Made by a program: the position numbers and the translations under genes
Shown: positions 11,561-23,790 of the stretch, one piece after another
Numbering within the stretch: the first letter of the stretch is position 1
Layout: the number at the start of each line of letters is the position of its first letter
Assembly: GCF_001194135.2 (NCBI RefSeq)
Contig: NC_068990.1
Span: forward strand, 60,889,545-60,921,803
Origin: Octopus bimaculoides
Taxonomy: Eukaryota
Direction of reading: 5' to 3'
DNA: 32,259 bases
The notes under the pieces: generated by a model
Told to the model about the DNA's origin: nothing
What the model saw: the letters and a program-made list of their open reading frames with translations, nothing else
Database searches by the model: none

Positions 11561-12015
11561 AGTGGCTGTGTGGTAAGAAGCTTGCTTCCCAACCACATGG
11601 CTCCAGGTTCAGTCCCATTGCATGGCACTTTGGGCAAGTGTCTTCTACTATAGCCTTGGGCTGATCAAAGCCTTGAAAGTGGGTGTGGTAAACGGGAACT
11701 GAAAGAAGCACATCGTATATATATATATATATATATAAATTACAAAATGGGACAAGAACGCAAAACATCCAGACAGTTAGGTGATACAAAAATGGGACAA
11801 CATATATATATGTATGTATGTATTTTTTGTGTCTGTGTTTGTCCCCCACCATTACTTGACAACCGATGTTGGTGTGTTTACGTTCCCATAACTTAGTGGT
11901 TCGGCAAAAGAACATGATAGAATACGTATAGGCTTACACCTGATGTCGATTTGTTCAACTAAAGGCGGTGCTCCAGTATGGCAGCAGTCAAATGACTGAA
12001 ACAAAAGAATAAAAG
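11561..12015 (+). mobile_element. Family A SINE with expanded internal region
   Basis: Head GTGGCTGTGTGGTAAGAAGC at 11561 and 3' half at 11825-12015. About 100 bp between them includes (TA)n and AAATGGGACAA twice. Confidence 0.8.
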
Positions 12016-12366
12016 AATATATATATATNNNNNNNNNNNNNNNNNNNNNNNNNNNNNNNNNNNNNNNNNNNNNNNNNNNNNNNNNNNNNNNNNNNNNNNN
12101 NNNNNNNNNNNNNNNNNNNNNNNNNNNNNNNNNNNNNNNNNNNNNNNNNNNNNNNNNNNNNNNNNNNNNNNNNNNNNNNNNNNNNNNNNNNNNNNNNNNN
12201 NNNNNNNNNNNNNNNNNNNNNNNNNNNNNNNNNNNNNNNNNNNNNNNNNNNNNNNNNNNNNNNNNNNNNNNNNNNNNNNNNNNNNNNNNNNNNNNNNNNN
12301 NNNNNNNNNNNNNNNNNNNNNNNNNNNNNNNNNNNNNNNNNNNNNNNNNNNNNNNNNNNNNNNNNN

Positions 12367-12401
<35 letters not shown>

Positions 12402-12572
12402 ATATATATATATATATATACATATATATTTGCATATATATGTGCGGGTGTGTATGTGAGTGTGTGTGTGTGTGAGTATGTGTGTGTGTATAAAATGCAC
12501 ATATATATGTATATGTGTATTATATATATATACATGTATATATGTATGTAATTTGTATACATGTTGTATATA

Positions 12573-12773
12573 TGAGAGGGTGCTGAAAAGTTCCTGGCTT
12601 TGGCTAAAAGAAAATACAGGCAGGTCAGTTAATTATGGTTTTATTCAACATTTTCCCCTCTCAGATTAGCACACTTATTGCAGTGGTCCTTCAGTTTTTC
12701 TAAGCCCTGTAAAAGAACTTAAAAGGTTTCGGCCTCCAGTCAGGCCTTTTGTAAAAGACTTTAAAACCCCTTG
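12573..12773 (-). mobile_element. Mariner remnant or MITE retaining the transposase C-terminus and 3' end
   Basis: Minus strand translates VLLQGLEKLKDHCNKCANLRGENVE*, matching the mariner C-terminal pattern (G..KL..R..KC....GdYVE). A mariner-like end TA|TGAGAGGGTGCTGAAAAGTTCCTGG lies at 12571. Differs from the 28.2-kb element. Confidence 0.7.
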
Positions 12774-12924
12774 TATGTATATAAATTTTATATATGTATA
12801 ATATGCATATAAAATACACAAATATATACATGTTTTGTGTGTGTGTGTATGCATTATGCATCTATGCATACATTATACATTTAAACTCACAATGTATGCG
12901 TATACTGATAGGCTCTTTTATAGG

Positions 12925-13125
12925 CTCTTTTACTCTTTAATTCGTTTCAGTCATTTGACTGCGGCCACGCTGGAGCACTGCCTTTAGTCAAACAAATCGA
13001 CCCCTGGACTTAATCTTTGTAAGCCTAGTACTTATTTTATCAGTCTCTTTTGCTCTACTGCTAAGTTACAGGGACGTAGACACACCTACAACAGCTGTCA
13101 AGTGATAGTGGGGTGGGGGACAAAC
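12925..13125 (-). mobile_element. Family A SINE, 3' half (5' half probably in the gap)
   Basis: TTTCAGTCATTTGACTGCGGCCACGCTGGAGCACTGCC..., followed by (TA)n and N. Confidence 0.75.
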
Positions 13126-14295
13126 ACAGATACAAACATATGCATGTATATATATATATATATATATATCTATATATATCTATACGTATATACATATATA
13201 TATATATGTATATACATCTACATATGTACATATGTATATGTATATATATATATATACATATATATANNNNNNNNNNNNNNNNNNNNNNNNNNNNNNNNNN
13301 NNNNNNNNNNNNNNNNNNNNNNNNNNNNNNNNNNNNNNNNNNNNNNNNNNNNNNNNNNNNNNNNNNNNNNNNNNNNNNNNNNNNNNNNNNNNNNNNNNNN
13401 NNNNNNNNNNNNNNNNNNNNNNNNNNNNNNNNNNNNNNNNNNNNNNNNNNNNNNNNNNNNNNNNNNNNNNNNNNNNNNNNNNNNNNNNNNNNNNNNNNNN
13501 NNNNNNNNNNNNNNNNNNNNNNNNNNNNNNNNNNNNNNNNNNNNNNNNNNNNNNNNNNNNNNNNNNNNNNNNNNNNNNNNNNNNNNNNNNNNNNNNNNNN
13601 NNNNNNNNNNNNNNNNNNNNNNNNNNNNNNNNNNNNNNNNNNNNNNNNNNNNNNNNNNNNNNNNNNNNNNNNNNNNNNNNNNNNNNNNNNNNNNNNNNNN
13701 NNNNNNNNNNNNNNNNNNNNNNNNNNNNNTAACTGCTTTCCTTAACAACTTCTCATTTTATGATGTAAATATATATTCAGTTTATTTATTCTGTTATGAC
13801 TGGACACTCGACTTGTGCAAAATATTGTATTCCTGTTCTATAACCAAGTTAAATTTAGATATATTAGCTATTAGTATTAATAGATCCTACGTAAATATGT
13901 CCATGGCTAAAATCCTGTTGTTTGTATAATTTTGCTTAATTTAGAAGTTCCCCTCCTACACAACACTTTCTAATCATGTGTGTGTATGGATATATAAGTC
14001 CGATATATATAACTATCTGTCTATCTATCTGTTTGTCTCTGTATATGTACACACACACACTTTTTATCAAAGCTGAAATAAATCTTTACAAAATAGTTAC
14101 TCAGAGTTTTATGTTACCATTCATCAGACAGTTGTGATCATTTCTGTGTTTACTTGTGTGTGCATATAGCATTAGGTGTGTGTGTGTGTGTATGCATATA
14201 TTTATGAATGTGTATATATATGTATGTCTATGTGTATATATATGTATGTCTATATGTATGTGTATATATATGTATGTATATGTATATATATGTAT

Positions 14296-14400
14296 TGGAG
14301 CCTGGTGTTGCCATCCGGTTTCACCAGTCCTCAGTCAAATCGTCCAACCCATGCTAGCATGGAAAGCGGACGTTAAACGATGATGATGATGATGATGATG
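14296..14400 (+). mobile_element. 5'-truncated family R retroposon
   Basis: Identical to about 108-213, including the (GAT)n tail. Confidence 0.8.
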
Positions 14401-14410
14401 TATGTATATA

Positions 14411-14449
<39 letters not shown>

Positions 14450-15234
14450 NNNNNNNNNNNNNNNNNNNNNNNNNNNNNNNNNNNNNNNNNNNNNNNNNNN
14501 NNNNNNNNNNNNNNNNNNNNNNNNNNNNNNNNNNNNNNNNNNNNNNNNNNNNNNNNNNNNNNNNNNNNNNNNNNNNNNNNNNNNNNNNNNNNNNNNNNNN
14601 NNNNNNNNNNNNNNNNNNNNNNNNNNNNNNNNNNNNNNNNNNNNNNNNNNNNNNNNNNNNNNNNNNNNNNNNNNNNNNNNNNNNNNNNNNNNNNNNNNNN
14701 NNNNNNNNNNNNNNNNNNNNNNNNNNNNNNNNNNNNNNNNNNNNNNNNNNNNNNNNNNNNNNNNNNNNNNNNNNNNNNNNNNNNNNNNNNNNNNNNNNNN
14801 NNNNNNNNNNNNNNNNNNNNNNNNNNNNNNNNNNNNNNNNNNNNNNNNNNNNNNNNNNNNNNNNNNNNNNNNNNNNNNNNNNNNNNNNNNNNNNNNNNNN
14901 NNNNNNNNNNNNNNNNNNNNNNNNNNNNNNNNNNNNNNNNNNNNNNNNNNNNNNNNNNNNNNNNNNNNNNNNNNNNNNNNNNNNNNNNNNNNNNNNNNNN
15001 NNNNNNNNNNNNNNNNNNNNNNNNNNNNNNNNNNNNNNNNNNNNNNNNNNNNNNNNNNNNNNNNNNNNNNNNNNNNNNNNNNNNNNNNNNNNNNNNNNNN
15101 NNNNNNNNNNNNNNNNNNNNNNNNNNNNNNNNNNNNNNNNNNNNNNNNNNNNNNNNNNNNNNNNNNNNNNNNNNNNNNNNNNNNNNNNNNNNNNNNNNNN
15201 NNNNNNNNNNNNNNTGTATATATATGTATGTCTA

Positions 15235-15835
15235 TATGTATGTGTGTTTGTCTCCCACCACCACTTGAGAACCGGTGCTGGTGTGTTTACATCCCTGTAA
15301 CTTAGATGTTTGGTAAAAAGACTGACAGAATAAGAACTAGGCTTGAAAAATAAGTTTGGGATCAAGCTGTTCAACTAAAGCCCGTGAAGGCGATGCCCCA
15401 GCATGATTGTAGTCTAATGACTGAATGAACGAAAAGATTTAAAAATTATACACACACGCGCGCGTGGGTATGTGGTAAGAAACATGCCTCCAAACTGCAT
15501 GGTTCTGGGTTTAGTCCCACTACATGGCACCTCGGTCAAGTGTCTTCAACTATAACTTCTGGCCGACCAAAGCCATGTGGATTTGGTAGACGAAAACTGA
15601 AAGAAGCCCATCGTATGTGTGTGTGTGTGTGTGTGTTTGTTCCTCCGCCCTCGCTTAACAACCGATGGTGGTGTGTTTATGTCCCCGTAACTTAGCGGTT
15701 TGCAAAACCCACCTATAGAAGAAGTACTAAGCTTACAAAGAATAATCCCTTGGGGTTTTAGATTTCTTCGACTAAAACCCATTAAGACATTGCTCCAGCA
15801 TGGCCGCAGTCAAATGACTGAAACAAGTAAAATAA
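15235..15835 (+). mobile_element. Two adjacent family A SINEs (3' half at 15235-15440, full copy at 15465-15835)
   Basis: Both match the family A sequence seen in the other copies. Confidence 0.8.
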
Positions 15836-16418
15836 TAAAGAAGTATATACATACATACGTATGTATGTATGTATGTGTGTGTGTATACACACGTACATTG
15901 ACACATTATGTGTGTGTGTGTATGTGTACATATCAACGTAATACCCAGCGAGCTAAATGGAAGCATAAACAAGTCTACGAAGGAACAGCTACAAGATCGC
16001 TCGACCTCCTAGAAATAGCACCTCGTGATTATTGTATTCTGTATTTTCTTATAAATTTGCAATTGTTGCTTTAGTTTATTAGATATACGAATTAATTTTT
16101 TTTTAATTTTTTTTTTTACTAATATTCAGTTGATTTCTTCAAAGGAAAATGAATAAACTACAGAACTGCTGTTGCTTTATTGGGGGATGAAATTTTAATA
16201 TTACTTATTGCACTGTCTCTACTTATTGATTTTCTTAAATTAAGTTTAATCTGTTAACGTTTTTTTTTTCTCTCCTCAAATCACTGCTGCTACAGTGTAA
16301 GGGACATAACTCCTTTAGCAACCATAATAAAAATTATGTGCACTTGTTGAGTCATAATTCAATTACGTAGGTTGAAGCTTTCTCTCTCTCTCCACATATA
16401 TAAATATATATATATATA

Positions 16419-16599
<181 letters not shown>

Positions 16600-16600
<1 letters not shown>

Positions 16601-16833
16601 CTTTTTATTCTTTTATTCTTTTACTTGTTTCAGTCAATTTGATTGTGGCCATGCTGGAACACCACTTTTAGTCGAACAAATCGACCCCAGGACTTATTCT
16701 TTGTAAACCTAGTTTGTATTCTATTGGCTCCTTTTGCCGAACCATTAAGTTACGGGGACGTAAACACACCAACATCTGTTGTCAAGTGACAGTGAGGGGG
16801 GACTAACACAGAGGCAAAGACACAAATATATAC

Positions 16834-16866
<33 letters not shown>

Positions 16867-17030
16867 CGACACACTTTTTTCAGTTTCCATCTACCAAATC
16901 CACTCACAAGGCTTTAGTCAGCCCAAGGCTATATAGTAGAAGACACTCGCTCAAGGTGTCATATAGTGGGATTGAACCTGGAACCATGTGGTTGGAAAGC
17001 AAGCTTCTTACCACACAGCCATGCCTCCAC
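16600..17030 (-). mobile_element. Family A SINE, full length
   Basis: TTTTACTTGTTTCAGTC ... CCACACAGCCATGCC, with an internal (CATA)/(TA)n. Confidence 0.85.
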
Positions 17031-17221
17031 CTACATATNNNNNNNNNNNNNNNNNNNNNNNNNNNNNNNNNNNNNNNNNNNNNNNNNNNNNNNNNNNNNN
17101 NNNNNNNNNNNNNNNNNNNNNNNNNNNNNNNNNNNNNNNNNNNNNNNNNNNNNNNNNNNNNNNNNNNNNNNNNNNNNNNNNNNNNNNNNNNNNNNNNNNN
17201 NNNNNNNNNNNNNNNNNNNNN

Positions 17222-17254
<33 letters not shown>

Positions 17255-17576
17255 AATGTTATATATTATATATACATATATATATATATATATATAGATA
17301 TATATATATATATATTGCTTTAATGATTTAAAGATATAAAATTCTAAAATCACTTCATATGTTAATTTTAGTGATTAGCAACGACTCTCAAACCAAACTT
17401 AAATAAATATGTGAATCCATTCACTTCACTTAGTAACAGTAGTTGTTATTTTGTCCTTGGTCAACCTTAATAGAGCAGACCAAAGGTGAAAGGCATCTTA
17501 GATGGGACTATTCTCTTTAGGAGTAAATAATACTATATTATATAATATAATATTAATCATGTATTATAATAATATT

Positions 17577-17815
17577 AGGGCGGTGAGCTGGTAGAAGTGT
17601 TAGCATGCCGGGCGAAATGCTTAATGGTATTTTGTCTGCCGTTACATTCTGAGTTCAAATTCCGCCGAGGTCGACTGTGCCTTTCATCCTTTTGGGGGGT
17701 CGATAAAATAAGTACCAGTTATGCACTGGGGTCGATGTTAATGACTTAATCCCTTTGTCTGTCCTTGTTTGTCCCCTCTATGTTTAGCCCCCTATGGGCA
17801 ATAAAGAAATAAATA
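17577..17815 (+). mobile_element. Family B SINE, well preserved
   Basis: GGCGGTGAGCTGGTAGAAGTGTTAGCATGCCGGGCG...GAGTTCAAATTCCGCC...GCCTTTCATCC...AAGTACCAG...CTGGGGTCGATG. Confidence 0.85.
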
Positions 17816-17821
17816 ATATCA

Positions 17822-18150
17822 GGGACGGTGCATGGCTTAGTGGTTAGGGTATATGGTTCACAGTTGTAAGATCGCGGGTTCAATTCACAGTGGCACATTA
17901 TGTCCTTGAGCAAGACACTTTATTTCATGTTACTCCAGTCCATTCAGCTGGTAAAAATGAGTAGTCTCTGTAATTGAAAGGGCCAACCTTGTCACATTCG
18001 GTGTGTCATACTGAATCTCCCTGAGAACTATATTATGGGTATGTGGGTCTGTGGAGTGCTCAGCAACTTGTATGATAATTTCTTGTGCAGGCTGTTCCAT
18101 TGATCGGATCGACTGGAACTTTTGTTGTTGTTGTAACTGACTGAGTGCCA
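17822..18150 (+). mobile_element. tRNA-headed SINE family C, single copy here
   Basis: A box TGGCTTAGTGG and B box GGTTCAATTC, followed by GTCCTTGAGCAAGACACTT (CORE-like, inference) and a distinct 3' body. Confidence 0.7.
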
Positions 18151-18284
18151 GTTAAGTTACTCTTTCCAAGGTGTTACCCTTGTTAGCATATTTTTCTTTC
18201 TGTTTCTTTATGTGTTATGTAGATAAAAATAAGTGATGTAAAAGAATAATTAGAAACGCTTTATTGTAATTAAGTATAAACAGT

Positions 18285-18464
18285 CCAGGTGTGGCTGAGT
18301 AGTTAAGAAGCTTGTTTCTCAATCATGTGCATGTCGGTTCAATTCCACTGTGCTGCATCTTGGACAAGTGTCTTCTACTTTAGCTCCAAGTCAACCAAAG
18401 CATTATGAGTGGATTTTAGTAGATGGAAACTGAAAGAAGCCCATCAAATTTTTTTTTCTTTTTG

Positions 18465-18496
<32 letters not shown>

Positions 18497-18700
18497 AATA
18501 TGTTTCCCGCCACTTGACAACTGGTGTTGGTTTGTTTGCATTCCCATAACTCAGCAGCTTTTCAATAGAGACTGATAGAACAAGAACCAGGTTTTAAAAG
18601 TAAGTACTGGTGGGTAGTGGTGGGGAGTCAATTTGTTGTACTAAACCCTTCAAGGCAGTGCTCCAGTATGGCCACAGTCAACTGATTGAAATGTATAAAA
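18285..18700 (+). mobile_element. Family A SINE, full length, diverged
   Basis: CAGGTGTGGCTGAGTAGTTAAGAAGC ... CCAGTATGGCCACAGTCAACTGATTGAAA. Confidence 0.8.
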
Positions 18701-19572
18701 AACATTAAAATTATTCTGATAACTGAATTTCAGCCGTGGCCATATTTTACTAGATAGTTTTGTAATGGCATTAACAGCTAGTATCTGGTTTAGTATGAGG
18801 AGGCGTGGTTTCCTGCCGTACTAAGTCTATTAATTAATATGAGAATCGATTAAGATGAAAATGAACGTTGATTTAAACTTCCTGTGTAAGTAGTTGGCTG
18901 TCTCTGCTATGAAAATCTCTTAAAATTTACAATTATAGTAGTAAATTTATTTTGTTATAGTTAAACTCCTGTTGACTTAAACTGTAAAATTTAAATTAAC
19001 GATTGAGAAGAATGTATCTCGTTTATTTCATATAATATTTTAGAATTTATATGGAAGAAATAAGGTTTGATATAAAAAAGAAATAGGACTGTTACATTAA
19101 CAAATCTTTTCTCAAATAAAAGTCTAGACATTTACTCTTCCATAGCTTTTTAATAAACGCACATAGATATTTTATGAATATATACGGGCTTATGTAATAT
19201 GTAAGAGATAAATAGTATTATATTGATGATAAAGAATCTTGTCATAGAAATTGTTCCCTAAAAATTCTGTTGCAGTTTAAGAAAAAAAAAAAAAAAAAAA
19301 AAAAATCAACATTTTGATATATTATTTCCAAATTGTTAAGAACCAGTTGTCAAAATTTCTTTTTTAGGAATAGAAATTTTGGTATCCATTATTTCACTAA
19401 ATACACTCGTTAAATTTCTAAATAATATACACACACACACGCACACACACACACAGTAACACAAACGTAAACATTTAGGAATATACATATACATATTTAT
19501 ATATATATATATATACATACATTCATATATATCATGTATATTAACATACATGCATCGCTCTCTCTTTCTCTT

Positions 19573-19603
<31 letters not shown>

Positions 19604-19642
19604 GTGTGTGTGTGTGTATATATGTGTGTGTGTGTATATATA

Positions 19643-19685
<43 letters not shown>

Positions 19686-19721
19686 TATGTGTGTGTGCAT
19701 ATATATATATATGCATATATA

Positions 19722-19770
<49 letters not shown>

Positions 19771-19773
<3 letters not shown>

Positions 19774-19964
19774 TGGCATATGGCAGTCGTTGTATTGGGT
19801 GTGCTGCCACACACAATGCCACCGAATTTCAAGCAGGGGAATAAAAAAAGGTTTCCATTAAGATTTGTGATTGAATTAATGAGTAAGGTTAATATTTATA
19901 ATGAATTTGCCATTTTCGATGGGTGTGCAGCGCTCACCTAGAACACCTGGAATATATGTCCCTA
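19771..19964. mobile_element. Possible degenerate MITE
   Basis: Ends CAGTGGCATAT and ATATGTCCCTA match 8/11 as inverted repeats. The subterminal motif GGGTGTGCWGC occurs near both ends. It sits inside (TA)n, so no TSD can be scored. Confidence 0.35.
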
Positions 19965-20183
19965 GTATATATATATGCACACACATATACACATTCAGAT
20001 TTATATACATGTGTGTTCATCTATATAAATACATATATGCCAAATCTCTAAATTTATATATATTTCCTAAAACTTCCATTGTCTACAATGAAGTTTTTTT
20101 GAATGTTGTAATATCATAAATCTTTTAATCTCTGAGTTGCAACCCAAAGTATCCTGGAACCTTCCTACATGTGCTTTTTATAG

Positions 20184-20230
20184 ATGTGCAGTGACGAAAA
20201 GAAAATATTTGTAGAATTTCAGTATCATAA
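20184..20230 (+). CDS. Candidate exon (MCSDEKKIFVEFQYH)
   Basis: TGCTTTTTATAG acceptor, one open frame, AA|GTAAAA donor, ends in phase 2. Confidence 0.22.
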
Positions 20231-20489
20231 GTAAAACAATGTATAGATATCTTTATTGCATACCAATATGAAGAAATAAATCCTTTAATTGAAAAATCAT
20301 TGTTATACTTTATGCATCAATATACTTCTTACCTTTTTTTTTTTTTTTGTTATTGTTTGAACATGTCTTTTGCAAGGCTTTGACACAAATTTGTTCCAGA
20401 GTTAATTTAGGAATTAATTTCTGTAGTAAAATACCTTCAATACTTATATCATATTTCTTACCTCGTATCTCTTACTTGATGCGATCCTT

Positions 20490-20865
20490 AGATAGTGGCC
20501 ATACTGGGGCACTGCCTTGAAGAATTTTTAGTCAAATGAAATGACCCGAGTACTTTTTTATTTAATCCTGGTACTTATTTTATTGGTCGCTTTCACCAAA
20601 CTGCTAAGTTACAGGGACGTAAACACACCAACACTAGTTGTTAAGCAGTGGTGGTGGTGGTGGGGGGGTGTCAACACAGACACAAAAGCACACATTCTCA
20701 CACACACACACACACACGCATACATATGACAGACTTCTTTCAATTTCTGTTTACCAAATCCACTCGCAAAAGCTTTGGTTGGCCTGAAGCTATAGTAGAA
20801 GACACTTGCTTAAGGTGCCTTGCAGTGGGACTGAACCTGAAGCCATGTGGTTGGGAAGTAAGCTA
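20490..20865 (-). mobile_element. Family A SINE
   Basis: GGCCATACTGGGGCACTGCC ... GAAGCCATGTGGTTGGGAAG; the head is truncated. Confidence 0.8.
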
Positions 20866-20880
20866 AACCTAGAATTTAGA

Positions 20881-20966
20881 ATTTCAGGTGTAGGCTGTGA
20901 TATTTTATGATTTCAGGTGTAGGCTGTGATATTTTATGATTTCAGGTGTAGGCTGTGATATTTTAT
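20881..20966 (+). repeat. Minisatellite, 29-bp unit x3
   Basis: ATTTCAGGTGTAGGCTGTGATATTTTATG repeated perfectly; the third copy has 28 nt. Confidence 0.95.
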
Positions 20967-21629
20967 AGCATATTAATTTCTTCACTAAAGTATATTGAAC
21001 AACTACCTGCCTACATCCTTTTTGTACAGAAAAATATGTCTATATTTTAATTAGCCAAAAACATTATTGAAAATTTACAGAAAATAGACACTTTAACTGG
21101 AAGAGTGATATGCTAATATATAAACAAAATGTAATATTTAGTAATTCATATTTAAGTGAAATTAATCAATTAAACTAAAACATGTGAATAGTAAGCAATA
21201 TTTGTTCTCTTCTTTCTAGTTTCCTATAGAGCATTGCTGTTCCTATTTACTTTGTGGATTTATTTGATAAAATTAATAATTTACTTGATAGATATATTTG
21301 ATAAAATGTTGTATTATCCTTTTCTTTGCCGGTTTCTGGTGCACATATAACCAAACCTGCTGTTACTGCAATTTAATATTAACAGAAAAGTGTGATATGT
21401 TTAGGGTCATTAATGTTAGAAAATCAAAGTCGATGATGAAACTGAAAAGAAAGAGGTAAAATGTATAAAAAATAGATTTGCTCTATAACAAACATTTATC
21501 AACTAAATTCTGGTGATTGCTAATCCTTGGTCCTTAGCTGTAGAGAAACAAGGAAACATTTATCACCGGACAGTTTTCAAAATGATGTAAAAGTATTAAG
21601 AAGCTTCCCATATAAAATATTAGTTTTAA

Positions 21630-21835
21630 ATTTTGGTACAAAGCTATCAGTTTTGCGGGGCAGGGCTGAGTCAATTACATCAACCCCAGTGCCAAACTGG
21701 TACCTATTTTATCGACTCTGAACGGATGAAAGGCAAAGGTGACTTCAGTGGAATTTGAACTCAGAACATAGAGATGAACGAAAATGCCACTAAGCATCTT
21801 GCCTGTTATGCTAACGACTCTGCCAGTTCACCACC
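21630..21835 (-). mobile_element. Family B SINE
   Basis: ATTTTGGTACAAAGC...TGGTACCTATTTTATCGAC...GGATGAAAGGCAAAG...TTTGAACTCAGAAC...GCTAACGACTCTGCCAG. Confidence 0.75.
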
Positions 21836-21859
21836 TTATAAAAATATTAGAGGAAGGAA

Positions 21860-22260
21860 ATGCAGGTGTGGCTGTGTGATAAAGAAACTCACTCTGTAAC
21901 TATGTGGTTTGGAGTTCAGTCCCACTGCACGGTATTCAAGCAAGTGTCTTCTACTGCAGCCTCAGGGTAACCAATACCTTCTGAGTGAATTTGGTAGGGT
22001 AGATGGAAAATGTGTGGAAGCTCATCATATATGTATATATGTATGTTTGTGCGTCTGTGTTTGTATGTAGCCCCCAAGTACTTGACAACCAATGTTGGTT
22101 TGTTTACGTCCTTGTGACTTAATGGTTTTGCAAAAGAGACCAATAGAATAAGTACCAGGCTTAAATACAAGTATTGGAGTTGAATTGTTTGACTAAAACC
22201 CTTCAAGGCAGTGCCCCAGCATGGCCGCAATCTAATGACTGAAACAAGTAAATGATAAAA
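21860..22260 (+). mobile_element. Family A SINE, full length, diverged
   Basis: GCAGGTGTGGCTGTGTGATAAAG ... CAGCATGGCCGCAATCTAATGACTGAAAC. Confidence 0.8.
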
Positions 22261-22305
22261 AAGATTTATCATTGAAAATATGTATACATTTGTCAGTATA
22301 TTTAA

Positions 22306-22925
22306 CCCTTTGCCATTTAAACTGATCATACCCAGCCCAAATATTCTACCTGATTTACCCTCAAATAAGCCAGATCCTATCTCTCACACTTACCCTACAA
22401 TGTCATTCTAAAAATATTCTATCATATCATCAAAATCTTATTCATAGGCACAAGCGTGGCTGTGTAGTAAGAAGCTTACTTTCCAACCACATGGTTCCAG
22501 GTTCAGTCCTACTGTATGGCACCTTGGGCTGGTGTCTTCTATTATAGCTTTGAGCCAACCAAAGCCTTGTGAGTGGATACGGTAGACGGAAACTGAAAGA
22601 AGCCTATCGTATATATGTGTGTGTGTGTGTTTGTGTCTGTGTTTGTCTCCTCCCCACCATTGCTTGACAACCAATGTTGGTGCGTTTATGTTCCCGTAAC
22701 TTAGTGGTTCAGCAAAAGAGAATGATAGAATAAGTACTAGGCTTACAAAGAATAAGTCCTGGGGTCGATTCCTTCAACTAAAAAACCCTTTAAGGCATTG
22801 CTTCCGTATGGCCGCAGTCAAATGACTGAAGCAAGTAAAAGAGTAAAACAACAAAAGAACAAAACAATGTAATGTGAATAAGTAAGCAATATATTCGACA
22901 AAGTAATCTGAATATTAAAAAAAGG
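22306..22925 (-). mobile_element. piggyBac-like MITE, copy 2, interrupted by a family-A SINE
   Basis: TTAA|CCCTTTGCCATTTAAAC at 22302 and AGG|TTAA at 22926. 22306-22440 and 22860-22925 match the two halves of the 2348-2562 element in reverse complement. Confidence 0.72.
22444..22858 (+). mobile_element. Family A SINE inserted in the piggyBac-like MITE
   Basis: Intact head AGGCACAAGCGTGGCTGTGTAG and tail GCAAGTAAAAGAGTAAAA, with MITE halves on both sides. Confidence 0.85.
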
Positions 22926-23102
22926 TTAATTCTTGTCTCCTTACTATCATTTCATCCTCTGATTTCCCAGAGTTATAAGTTCAACTTTAAAGATATTAAG
23001 AATTTAGTGAAATATTTTCCAAGATAATCATGTTCTTATCAGTTCTATTTGCTTCTCACCTGTTCACCAAATCTCTCACATTTGTCCTTCTATTTCTGTC
23101 AG

Positions 23103-23204
23103 AATTTACCCAGTGTTATCCAATAATAAAGAGAAAGCATTGAAACTGTTCTCCCCCCAAAGATGGGACAAATTCTCTCTAGAAATGCTGTTCATGCAAA
23201 AAGT
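23103..23204 (+). CDS. Candidate exon (IYPVLSNNKEKALKLFSPQRWDKFSLEMLFMQK)
   Basis: Strong pyrimidine tract TTTGTCCTTCTATTTCTGTCAG, one open frame (phase 2 to 2), GT|GTAAAG donor. Confidence 0.33.
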
Positions 23205-23387
23205 GTAAAGTGCATTTCAGTATGAACTAATATTATTTTCTAAACCTGAGATCTAATTTTACTACCCTGCACCTCTTAACAGTGCTTTGCCAGGAAATAA
23301 AACAATTTTTATATTCAGTCAGGTATTTTGATGTTGTGTTGTTGCTACAGTTTCTTCTATTCTCATCCACATCACTTATCATTATTA

Positions 23388-23790
23388 AGATGGTGAGCTG
23401 GCAGAATTGTTAGCACGCCTGGCAAAACACTTAGCAGCATTTTGTCTGCCCTTGTGTTCTGAATTCAAACTCTACCAGGGTCAACTTTACCTTTCATCCT
23501 TTCGGAGTACCAGTTGATTACTGGGGTCGATGTAATCAGCTTGGCCCCTCCCCCGAAATTGCTGGCCTTGTGCCAAAGTTTGAAACAGAATCATTAGCAT
23601 GCCAGGTAAAATGTTTAGCGGTATTTTGTCTGTCTTTGCAGTGTGAGTTCAAATTCCACTGAGGTTGACTTTGCCTTCTCCGCTTGATAAAACAAGTACC
23701 ACTTGAGCACTGGGGAGGGGGGAGGGGCAATGTAATCTACTATTCCCCTTTACCCAAAATTTCAAGTAGTGTATTTCTAATAGAAAAGAA
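23388..23790 (+). mobile_element. Two tandem family B SINEs
   Basis: GATGGTGAGCTGGCAGAATTGTTAGCACGCC at 23388; a second head-truncated copy from about 23590. Confidence 0.75.

Noticed and set aside
18735-18826. Two neighbouring hairpins resembling a standard H/ACA snoRNA
   Set aside because: No correctly placed H box plus ACA on either strand.
20881-20966. CRISPR-like direct repeats
   Set aside because: Units are contiguous without spacers, in a eukaryotic context with no cas genes.
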